A model generated the notes under the pieces. The model did not search any database, had not been told where the DNA came from, and saw nothing but the letters and a program-made list of their open reading frames with translations. This document shows, one piece after another, positions 47,357 to 58,800 of a stretch of DNA of 64,000 nucleotides; position 1 is the first letter of the stretch, and the number at the start of each line of letters is the position of its first letter. This stretch comes from Lingula anatina (taxonomy: Eukaryota > Animalia > Brachiopoda): positions 20,956,001-21,020,000 of the forward strand of contig CM120646.1 of NCBI GenBank assembly GCA_051362555.1, read 5' to 3'. Made by a program: the position numbers and the translations under genes.

Positions 47357-48934
47357 TACCACCAGCGTTAGCGCTGGCGGTACACATGGTTTCGGTCTCG
47401 TCCGGATCGTTCCGCCGGCTCCGCCGGCTCCGCCGGCTCCGCCGGCTCCGCCGGACGGCTACCGTTACCGCTTCTCCTCCTAGACGGTAAGGCCCCCCAT
47501 ACCCATCTCATGGATTTAGGTCACCTATAATCTCAACTCGTTCCACGTAAAATTTGGGCTTTGTCGGTATTGGGGTCTGGGTGTGGCACTCATTGCAATG
47601 CACCCTTGTCCAAAAATGGCAAAATTAAATGCTAATTATCTACCCTACGGAAGGAGTTACGGGAAAAATTTCTACAGACGGCTTTCCAAAAGTCATATGT
47701 GTAGATTTCAAATATACCCTCGGATTTGACCTTTGACCTTTACTTCAAGGTCAAATGGGCCAAAATTTTCAAAAAAATGAAATTTTTTACGAAAAAAAAA
47801 TTTTTTGCCCTGTTATTCAGACACCACACAGACTTAACCAATAATATTATTGGAAAGTGTTACCCTTCAGGTCATCTTTCATCTCCGTGAATTTGGGGTC
47901 AATCGGTGCATTTTCACAGGAGTAGCGGCCATAAGATAGTGAAACTGAAAACTGTCTCTAATTCGGGAACCGTTAATGCTAGAGACCCATTCTTTTTTGC
48001 ATTTTGTAGAGCATGTAAAGCCCAACACTGGAGGTGGTCTCGGTTTTTTTGTATTCCATACGGTTTTCGAGTTATGCTGTATCAAAAAGTACATATTGGT
48101 GGTGAAAGGAAAATGTACGGAAGCCCACTGGTGCCATATGTAGAAAAAAAAAATTATCTCGAAATTTCGAGATACTATTTTGAAATTTGAACAAAAAAAT
48201 TTACCACCAGCGTTAGCGCTGGCGGTACACATGGTTTCGGTCCCATCCGGTCCGTTCCGCCGGCTCCGCCGCCATGTTACCGTTACCGCTTCTCCTCCTA
48301 GACGGTAAGGGCCCCCGTACCCATCTCATGGATTTAGGTCACCTATAATCTCAACTCGTTCCACATAAAATTTGGGCTTTGTCGGTATTGGGGTCTGGGT
48401 GTGGCACTCATTGCAATGCACCCTTGTCTAAAAATGGCAAAATTAAATGCTAATTATCTACCCTACAGAAGGAGTTACGGGAAAAATTTCTATAGACGGC
48501 TTTCCAAAAGTCATATGTGTAGATTTCAAATATACCCTCGGATTTGACCTTTGACCTTTACTTCAAGGTCAAATGGGTCAAAATTTTCAAAAAAATGAAA
48601 TTTTTTACGAAAAAAAAATTTTTTGCCCTGTTATTCAGACGCCACACAGACTTAACCAATAATATTATTGGAAAGTGTTACCCTTCAGGTCATCTTTCAT
48701 CTCCTTGAATTTGGGGTCAATCGGTGCATTTTCACAGGAGTAGCGGCCATAAGATACCGAAACTGAAAACTGTCTCTAATTCGGGAACCGTTAATGCTAG
48801 AGACCCATTCTTTTTTGCATTTTGTAGAGCATGTAAAGCCCAACACTGGAGGTGGTCTCGGTTTTTTTGTATTCCATACGGTTTTCGAGTTACGCTGTAT
48901 CAAAAAGTACATATTGGTGGTAAAAGCAAAATGT
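47357..48934. repeat. Head-to-tail duplication of the ~750-bp Helentron-like terminal segment
   Basis: 47357-~48116 and 48202-~48934 are nearly identical. Each begins with the hairpin, and they differ mainly in the (CCGCCGGCT)n copy number. Confidence 0.92.
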
Positions 48935-49177
48935 GCAGTACGGTAATGGATAATAAATTTTGAACTCTGGAAAAATAAAACATTAGGCTTGGCAAAGCAG
49001 ACAACTTGTGTTCAAAAATGACATTATTTCATCAAATTTGAACTTCTGAAACTTCAGAGCACCTCCTATTTCAAGAATTTTGACCAAAATGACATTTTCT
49101 TTATTTTAATTAATTTTTTTTGTACGAAATTTAAGGCACATTATGGTAACTCCAAAATTATAACATTTAGTCCCTTA

Positions 49178-50507
49178 TATCTCCAAAACTGGCAGAGATA
49201 GGTCTATAGTTACTATTGAAGTTGAATAGGAAGTCATATACTGGCAATCTATATGTGACCTTAAAATTGACCTTTGACCTACTTTTCACCATGAACTGAA
49301 CTTTGCAAATTTTTCTTCCCTTTTATCTCCAAAACTGGCAGAGATAGGTCCGTAGTTACTATTGAACTTGAATAGGAAGTCATATACTGGCAATCTAAAT
49401 GTGACCTTAAAATTGACCTTTGACCTACTTTTCACCATGAACTGAACTTTGCAAATTTTGCTTCCCTTTTATCTCCAAAACTGGCAGAGATAGGTCCGTA
49501 GTTACTATTGGACTTGAATAGGAAGTCATATACTGGCAATCTAAATGTGACCTTCAAATTGACCTTTGACCTACTTTACACCATGAACTGAATTTTGCAA
49601 ATTTTGCTTTCCTTTTATTTCCAAAACTGGCTGAGATAGGTCGGTAGTTACTATTGGACTTGAATAGGAAGTCATATACTGGCAATCTATATGTGACCTT
49701 CAAATTGACCTTTGACCTACTTTTCACCATGAACTGAACATTGCAAATTTTTCTTCCCTTTTATCTCCTAAACTGGCAGAGATAGGTCCGTAGTTACTAT
49801 TGGACTTGAATAGGAAGTCATATACTGGCAATCTAAATGTGACCTTCAAATTGACCTTTGACCTACTTTTCACCATGAACTGAACTTTGCAAATTTTGCT
49901 TCCCTTTTATCTCCAAAACTGGCTGAGATAGGTCCGTAGTTACTATTAGACTTGAATAGGAAGTCATATACTGGCAATCTAAATGTGACCTTCAAATTGA
50001 CCTTTGACCTACTTTACACCATGAACTGAACTTTGCAAATTTTGCTTTCCTTTTATCTCCAAAACTGGCTGAGATAGGTCCGTAGTTACTATTGGACTTG
50101 AATAGGAAGTCATATACTGGCAATCTATATGTGACCTTGAAATTGACCTTTGACCTACTTTTCACCATGAACTGAACATTACAAATTTTTCTTCCCTTTT
50201 ATCTCCAAAACTGGCTGAGATAGGTCCGTAGTTACTATTGGACTTGAATAGGAAGTCATATACTGGCAATCTATATGTGACCTTGAAATTGACCTTTGAC
50301 CTACTTTTCACCATGAACTGAACATTACAAATTTTTCTTCCCTTTTATCTCCAAAACTGGCAGAGATAGGTCCGTAGTTACTATTGGACTTGAATAGGAA
50401 GTCATATACTGGCAATCTAAATGTGACCTTGAAATTGACCTTTGACCTACTTTACATCATGAACTGAACTTTGCAATTTTTTTCCATTTTATCTCTAAAA
50501 CTGGCAG
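49178..50507. repeat. Tandem satellite array, 146-bp unit, ~9 copies
   Basis: CTCCAAAACTGGC recurs, with minor variants, at 49181, 49327, 49473, 49619, 49765, 49911, 50057, 50203, 50349 and 50493. Each unit carries TGACCTTTGACCT. Confidence 0.97.
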
Positions 50508-50520
50508 AAAAAAAAGACAA

Positions 50521-50925
50521 CTTTCACATTGTTAGCGAAAGTTCATTCCCAATGTGAAAGAGATGAGGACGTGATTTTCATATTTGAGTCTTCGTTGGCC
50601 AAAGAGCAAGGAAGAACGTAATATTCGTATCCTCAGTGGGGGATCGTTGCAATCGTATATTCATTCAGTGGCTTTTGTTTGCGAAAGATCCTCAACTAGT
50701 GAGACAAATTAATTTTTCGCAATTTTCATATTTGAGTCTTCATTGGCCAAAGAGCAAGGGAGAACGTAATTTTCGTATCCTCGGTTGGGTATCGTTGCAA
50801 TCATATATTCATTCAATGGCTTTTGTTTGCGAAAGATCGTCAACTAGTGAGACAAATTAATTTTCACATTCAATCAAGTGAATTCGTGAAAGAACGTTAG
50901 CAGAAGATCGCTATCGATTGTTTTT
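50521..50925 (+). mobile_element. Small HINE/DINE-1-like non-autonomous Helentron with two 148-bp internal repeats
   Basis: Left CTTTCACATTG...CAATGTGAAAG inverted repeat. Internal direct repeat with period 148 (TTTGAGTC at 50583 and 50731). Right end GTGAAAG, then stem-loop GTTAGC..GCTATC, then TTGTTTTT. Confidence 0.55.
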
Positions 50926-52209
50926 AACCATCCTTCCCCACTGAAATTTATAATTAAAAATTTTTTTTTTCATTTCATTTTAACCCCCTCCCCCTTTTTG
51001 TGACCAGGTTGCCATTGTACCCCAATCCTAGAAAAAACTTTTGTTCTGGGTAAAATAATGTAATGGAACTTATTTAAGTCGTCAGAATGTATATAACTTA
51101 AACTGATGATATTATTACTAGTGAAAATGAAGCTATGATATTTGGCACATTTAACTTTATCTGGCCTTTATCTGTTTTCGTATGTTTAGGCCTATATTTA
51201 CTTGTACATGGGGATTTTGAAAATTTCTACTTACAATTTTAAAAGGTCTGGTACCTGTGTTTGGCAAAGATACACCTGCAGTTCATATTGAAATTGAATG
51301 AGATATATGTTAATGTGCCCTTAAGTTTACTTTTTACCGAAACTGCATTTTACAGATTTTCTGATTTCTTTGCCTTCAAACCTAGGAGATACACCACATC
51401 ATACTGTTTACAAGATGAAATTGTATGTCAGAATAAGGAAATTTTTGTAATAATAATTTTATTTTCAAAAACTACACTTTCAAGAATAATGTTTTGAATA
51501 AAAGTTATGAATCAATGAATCAAAATATCTATTACATGAAAGTACACATTAAAACATTAGTTTTATAATATTATAATACGAAGTTAACTATCTGCCTATG
51601 TATGCATATAAGTAATATACCTATCATACTATACAATATAACATCTATATTAATCAAAATTTACTAATCTATGCATACAAGTATAGTTTGTTATTAAATT
51701 ATACAATTAAAATTTTTTGTAAATCAGAAATATAAAATAATCTATTTATAAGCATACATAATTTAACAACAACAACAAAAAAAAGACAAAGACATTTTCC
51801 CACTAAAATTGATCTATAAAAAACAAAACAATTAATAATGATCAATATTTTTTTACTTAGTGGAAATTTTTAAACCACTGGAGTGAACCTTTTAATCAAA
51901 TTAGACATACCAAATATACTGCAAATATTCTCTTTATCATTATTATGAAGCTGTTAAAACATATTTATATACATGTATAATAAAATCAAATCACAACATA
52001 TGTCAATCAAAAATATGGTCATGATTATTTGATATCTACTAGTTATCATACAAATTGAAATATTTTTCAAACAATCTGTGTATATCTGTAATTTACATAT
52101 TGTTAAACAATCATGTATATTAGAAATAAAACCAAAACATGACTTAATCTACACTTTAAAAGATAAAAGCTTTGCCTAATATGTTATCAAATACATAAGG
52201 CCATTCACA

Positions 52210-52849
52210 TTTGAAGAAAATATTTACAAATAATTTACATTAACAATTTTTACATACATATAATGTTTTTCATTACTGTTTACACATTTTCATTTGCTAT
52301 GCATTGTGTATATAATGTGTTTTAAATACATTAGAGCATTAACATCTGAAGAATAGTAATTACAAATAATTTACATTTACAGTTTTTACATATATACAAT
52401 GTTTTCCATAACTGTTTACACATTTTCATTTGCTATGCATTGTGTATATAATGTGTTTTAAATACATTAGAGCATTAACATCTGAAGAATAGTAATTACA
52501 AATAATTTACATTTACAGTTTTTACATATATACAATGTTTTCCATAACTGTTTACACATTTTCATTTGCTATGCATTGTGTATATAATGTGTTTTAAATA
52601 CATTAGAGCATTACAATCTGAATAATAGTAATTACAAATAATTTACATGAACAGTTTTTACATATATACAATGTTTTCCATAACTGTTTACACATTTTCA
52701 TTTGCTATGCATTGTGTATATAATGTGTTTTAAATACATTAGAGCATTACAATCTGAATAATAGTAATTACAAATAATTTACATGAACAGTTTTTACATA
52801 TATACAATGTTTTTTATAACTGTATACACATTTTCATTTACTATGCATT
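52210..52849. repeat. Tandem array, 136-bp unit, ~4.6 copies, starting at the transposase stop codon
   Basis: TACAAATAATTTACAT recurs at 52225, 52361, 52497, 52633 and 52769. Confidence 0.95.
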
Positions 52850-55800
52850 CACGGGAATAATAGTATATACAGGATCATGGTCGCTGTAATATGTGCACAG
52901 TGTACCTGTTTCTATAGTGCTTACATTTTGTACATAAATGTGATCTAACAGGCTAGTATACCCTTTGACACCTCTAAATGTTGGAGAGGCAACCATTTGC
53001 TTATGGTATTGTAAGCTAGGAAGACAAACAGATGTTGTAGGAGCTTTTGACAAATCAATATTGAAATCACCTAACAAGATTGATGGTTTAATGGGCTGTT
53101 TGTTTTGGCTTAAAATTTCTTGTATTTTCCTATTAAAAGTTGGACCTACAATAGATGGTGAACGGTACATAAAGCATATGTAATAACCATTGATTTTTAT
53201 ACTTACACATTCAAAACCCGGCTCTGTAACAGAATTATTTTTGACCTCTGTTACTTTCAAGTAGTTACGAATATAAACAGCAACTCCACCTCTAGAGGTA
53301 TCATTTTGACGATCACATCTGATGAGCTGAAAACCAGGTATAGAGTATTTACCAGATGGGACATTGCTATTTAGCCAACTCTCAGTAATACCTACAATAT
53401 CTGCCACAGCCATTTCTGGATTACTTGTTAAGTCTTTGAAATGAGCTGGAAGAGATTGGATGTTGTGACATACAATTGTAAGTGTTTTTTGTAATGGTCT
53501 TAAAATAGGTAATGAATCTGGGTTGACAGGTCTCATACTCTTCATTGCATCATCTACTTTAGTGTCACAATACAAGTTTGCTTCATCATTTTGATCAAAA
53601 CTTAAAAGTTGAAGACCTGATAATTTAGTTGCACGACTTAGTGCAACATACCCAATACCAGGTGCAAACACATGTTTCAATGAAACAACAGCATCAGTGA
53701 CAGTTTTTCCTTGGGTTTTATGCACAGTGCAGGCCCATGCCAATTTTAGAGGGTATTGGTATCGAGCCACTTTCACTGATTGCTGATCAAAAAGTTCCAC
53801 ATGTGGCTTAATCTGTACACTGTTTGTGGGAATATTTTCAGGTCTTACTGTTTGTTGCCTGGTATTTGCCCCAATTTTGGGATTGTCAAAATGTACCCAG
53901 ATGTACTGTGGTTGATTAAGTGGTTTTGTACCATTTTCTATTTTTACGACAGTTCCCATAACACCATTTGAAAGGCCATCACTGACATTAAGATTTGTGG
54001 TTAGCATTACTCTTGCATTTACAGCAATTTCTATCAAGGGCTTTAAAGCTAAGGAATCTTTAGCAAAAGGGACCTTTTTCCTTTTTGTTTGTCCTGACCT
54101 TGTATGTATGATATCCGCTGCTTCTATTGTTATAATATCAGAGCAAAGAGATTGTAACATATGTCTGTTATGTTCATCAACTTCTTTGTTTCTAGGAAAA
54201 ATATACAATTTTGATGGATCTGCTATGAGTTGATCATTTACACATGTTAGAAGCATAGCTTTATCATGAGGTTGTAATGCTTGTTCCTTTTTCTTAGTTC
54301 TAATGGCATTTAGTAAATTTGCAAATGGTTTGTCATCCTTTTGTCTCATTATGATTGAAAGATTGTATGTAAAAAAATGATCCCATTCTGATTGATAAAG
54401 TTGTCCTGGGTCAGACACATAGAGGGCTTTATCTGCTACAGGTGCTACTTGATAAAAATCACCTACTGCCAAAACACTGATTTGTCCAAAAATAGATTCT
54501 GCAGAAGTGGTTTGTTTAATTTGGTTAAGTCGCTGGCTAATGTTTGTCATCATATTCTGGCCAACCATTGAAATTTCATCAATAATCAAAATTTGAAGAT
54601 TTCTGTATTTTACTCGAAGTTCTGTTAACAACTCTTCACCAAGTGGTACATATTTTTTTCTGTCTTTACCTTTTTGGCTTCGGATAGCAAAAGCAGAATG
54701 AATAGTTTGGCCCTGTATATTAAAAGCGGCTGTTCCAGTAAATGCCACTAACAGAACTTTTATGTCATCAGGCTCTTCATTGGGTGAGTTGCCATTTGAT
54801 GTCAGAATACGTTCTGCTTCAAATCTGAAAGCATTTATAACATGTGTTTTACCTGTGCCAGCTCCACCAGTTAGAAAAATGTGAAACGGTTTGGGATTTT
54901 TGCCTTGACTTTTATGAAGGCACCACTTACGCATATAATTAAAGATTTGTAGTTGTTGAATATTCATGGACTGAATCAATTTTTCTGCTTGTTTTAATGA
55001 AATTTGGGACTTTACTTTTTCAGTTAGTAAGTTTGTTTTTTGGTATGGATTTTTATCTGGTAATGTTTGGTCTAAATCTGGTAACTGTACTTCTTCAGTT
55101 ATATCATCACTTTCAATGGGCAACACTTGTTCCATTTTATCATCAATTCTCTGTTCCTCTGCTCCTGGAGCAATATCTGCCCAAGCATCTTCATGATCAT
55201 CATACGAATGCTGCAGAGCTGTATCAATTACCTCTGCATCTTTCTCAAAGGGGGCACTGTTAGTGTTAACTATCTCACAAATAGGGATATCATCATCATC
55301 ATTAAAGACAAAAGAAGCATTGTTATGAAAAGTTTCATATGATGTGAAAGTAGCAGGTAAAATATCTTGACCTCTATGGGGAAAAAACAGACGCAGTCTA
55401 TTTTCATAATATCTTTCTGGGTCACGGTCTATTGACCCTTTTAAATACCTAATCACAATTGGTCTACGCCGTACACTGATATACCCAAAGTTGTTTAATA
55501 AGGCAATGTCTTCTTTGCCCTCATTATCGCTATCATCATTGTCACTCCCTGAGTTTTCTTTGCTTTTTTTGCCCACTTTGGAACCATACATTCTGTAATT
55601 GGCAACAAAGTGAGCAAGAGACATATTCTCAAATTTTCTGTTATCTGGCCTATTCCAGTACCTCTCTAAATCTGACTTTGCCCATATTTGATCCAATCTC
55701 TTCTCTCTAGCTTGTTGTTTTAAAATGTTTAGCGGCAAAGACAACCTTGTTGCATCTTTATCTGCTGCTATCCAACGCACTTCTCTACTTGAAGACTTTA

Positions 55801-58800
55801 GTTTCATGCCTGTACATCTGTATATAGCTTCCATAACACTAATTTCTCTATGAGTAATATAGACTTTTCCTAGTGTTTTAAGCTCATTGACAGCTTCAGT
55901 ATTTCCTTCCCTAGCTTCCTTTTGAGCAGCCTTTAAAAGTTCACCCTCTTCACTTTCTTTCTTTGAAATGTAGGATACTATATAACAAATGCATGCATAG
56001 GCATCTACAATATATTGTATATCTATATTGGCATCCCACGCTTCTAATAAATGTGGATTATACTGATTAACCCAACATTCCTTCGGTTCCCGCTTTAAAA
56101 CTATGATGGTTTTTCTAGCTAGAATGCCCATTGAATATTCAAGCCCCTCCTGCGTCATGCCTGCTAACTCTAAACATTGTTGGGCTGTAAGAGATATATT
56201 TTTTTCATCACTAGTTACAGTTGCCAGTTTCTCTAATGCTTCCCTGGCTGCTTTTCGAATGATATGTTTTGGCTTCTCTTCATCTAACTTAATAGGCTTA
56301 CATACAAAAGTTCTAGTAGATACTGGTCTAGGAAAATTGAATCTACAAGTTTGGTTCCCTTTCCTGCAACTCCGAGAATGATTTTTGCTATGCATTTGCA
56401 ATTTAGATACTTTTTCAAATAATGCTTCTTCTTCATGTGGTAAGCTACAATTAACAAACTTGTCAATGAAATCTGTTACCTCTTTTTCCTCAGATCTATC
56501 AAGCACAGGTGCATCCTTAACCCAAAATAAAGCATGAATGTGTGGCCACCCCCTTTGCTGAAATTCTATCCTATAAAAAAAATCTATCACATTACCAATT
56601 GGATGTGAGGAAGACTTGATTATATCATTGATTAGATGATTTGTACGCTTATCAAACATGGCTGCAGCAATAACTGGATTACTATTAATAACCTTACAGT
56701 GTTCTGCCCAATCCATTTCATCAGGGACTGGTTTTCCTTGGGATTTCAGAATTGCATGAACAATTTCTTTCCAACGTCTATCTGCTGCAGAAAAACTGCA
56801 AAACCAAGTTGGGATACCCAACTGTTTTACCATAGCACACAAATCTTTCATAGTCCTCTCCCAATAAGGTGCAGACCCACGAACTTTTGCTAAAAACTTA
56901 TAACCTTCATTGTTTCTTAATATATTTTTCAATGATTCTTCTGATTCGAAACTATCTATACTGATGTTACCTGATTGTGCTGAACCTTTTCTCTGACTTA
57001 TTTTAGCAGAAGACAAAACTTCTTGAAATTCTTTAATGTACTGTAAATAAAATATATATTGCGTATTCATAGCAAATTTGGTGTTTGCAGAAAACAGTCT
57101 ACTTTTAATATATTGGCTAAATGTTAACTTGTGCTTCCGTTTTTCTGAAAAAGCATTTTTCCCATTTGGGAATAAAGTTGGAAAAGACTGCACTTCCTTA
57201 TTGAAGGTAGATTCAGGATGTTGATTTTCTGCAGGAGCAAAACATAATATTCTGTCTTCGTACTTATCTGATATGTACTGTGACAAATCTTCCGGTTGCA
57301 GGCATGTTACAAGTGGTGCGCTTGTTTCTGTAACTTCATCTTCAATATTATCTGGAAAAAAAATATATATATAAATAATCCTATTTATCAAAATATTAAA
57401 TGTAGGCGTTTGATAAATGGGGTAGTTGGTTTTCATGATCAGCATGGTCATTTCCATTAACATTAATTTCCTGTTTTTTTTTTCTTTGTAAATTTTTCCC
57501 ACAGATAAGCATTTAAATAGCTTTTGTATCCTATGGAAATAAATTACCTTCTAGTTTTTATTTGTTCAAGAAATAAAAATGCTAAAACTTTATTTAGTAT
57601 TCATGCTTACATTTTGATTGTTCCTTGCTTGTAGTTATTGGGTCTTCTTCCACATCAACATTGGTTTCCGCTAAAATGAATGAATTAATATATATATATA
57701 TATATATTACACATCTGTAAAATATTTTGATGGCAGTTAGGACAGAGAAAAGTGTTACTGAATCACATACATGTTTTCAGGGGCTTTTATATCCTATGAA
57801 AGGATATCACTTGCTTTTCCTCCAATTATTATACAAACTATATAATGAACAACCAAGAATGAAAACTATGCTCACTATTTCAGATCATTTCATACTCATG
57901 CTTACATCTTGATAGTTCTTTGCTTGTAGTTATTGCGTCTTCTTCTACATTAACATTGGTTTTCACTAAAATAAATATTTATAATGACTACAATTAAATC
58001 TTAATGTGATCATTTTTTGTTTACTTTAATTTTTCTTTTTTTTTCCTTCATAATTTTTTTCTCACAGATAAGCATTTGTAGTGGCTCTTGTATCCCATAG
58101 AAGTACATCACTTTTCAGTTTTCCATTATTCAACAAATAGCACAGTGCACATACTTCATTTAATATTCATGCTTACATTTTGATTGTTCCTTACTTGTAG
58201 TTATTGGGTCTTCCTCCACACTTACATTGATTTCCACTAAAATATATATACAGTAACATATTTAACTCCACACTACAGTAAAATCTTCCACAGCAATTAT
58301 TAATAATATAAAAACACAAAAACAAACATTAAAAATATTGTACTAACAACACAATGTCCATGCCTTCAGTTCACTTGTTCCATGCTTGAAATTTCAGTAT
58401 CATCTTTATTAGGTACCTCAAGTTCATTTACAATAAAAAAGTACATACCATTTTCATCTTTTCCGGAAGACTCTCCCTGATTTTCTTTTACGCTTGTTTC
58501 AAAAACTTCCTGATTTATACCTTCAACATCTGTCAAAAGAAACACCAAATAACGTTTATCATTTTGTATATTACTTCAAACAGTGTTTTTAGTTAGTTAG
58601 TTTTTATCATTACATCAAGTGCACAATTTTATTTATTTTACTAATTTACCTGTTATTTCAGTATCCTGATTTGTAAGATGCAACATAGTACTTTCTACTC
58701 TTCTTTCATCATAGGCAATAGCTGGAAATGATATACAAGTTCTTTTTGAACATATCTAAAAATTATCTCATTATTAATTCTAATTGTATTCATATAAAGG

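Noticed and set aside
47211-48963. ORFs 47211-47483 (PPAPPA), 47879-48232, 47906-48190, 48697-48912 and 48724-48963
   Set aside because: They arise from the microsatellite and duplicated non-coding terminus; no protein motifs.
49178-52849. Repeat arrays next to a nuclease/helicase gene as a CRISPR-like guide system
   Set aside because: Units are contiguous near-identical copies with no unique spacers, there are no Cas-like motifs, and the context is eukaryotic. They are better explained as Helentron-associated satellites.
52841-53480. AP endonuclease as a LINE retrotransposon ORF2
   Set aside because: It is the in-frame C-terminus of the Rep-helicase ORF, and no reverse transcriptase follows.
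52841-57502. Cellular PIF1 gene, or ORF start at 57502
   Set aside because: The helicase is fused to HUH Rep and APE, which is transposon architecture. 57502-57352 is intron-like and ends in a clean acceptor at 57354-57352.
58366-58430. Additional linker exon (NELEVPNKDDTEISSMEQVN) resembling the 58721-58650 exon
   Set aside because: No AG acceptor at the expected place, only ~20 nt from the previous donor, and read-through hits a stop. Probably a decayed duplicate.
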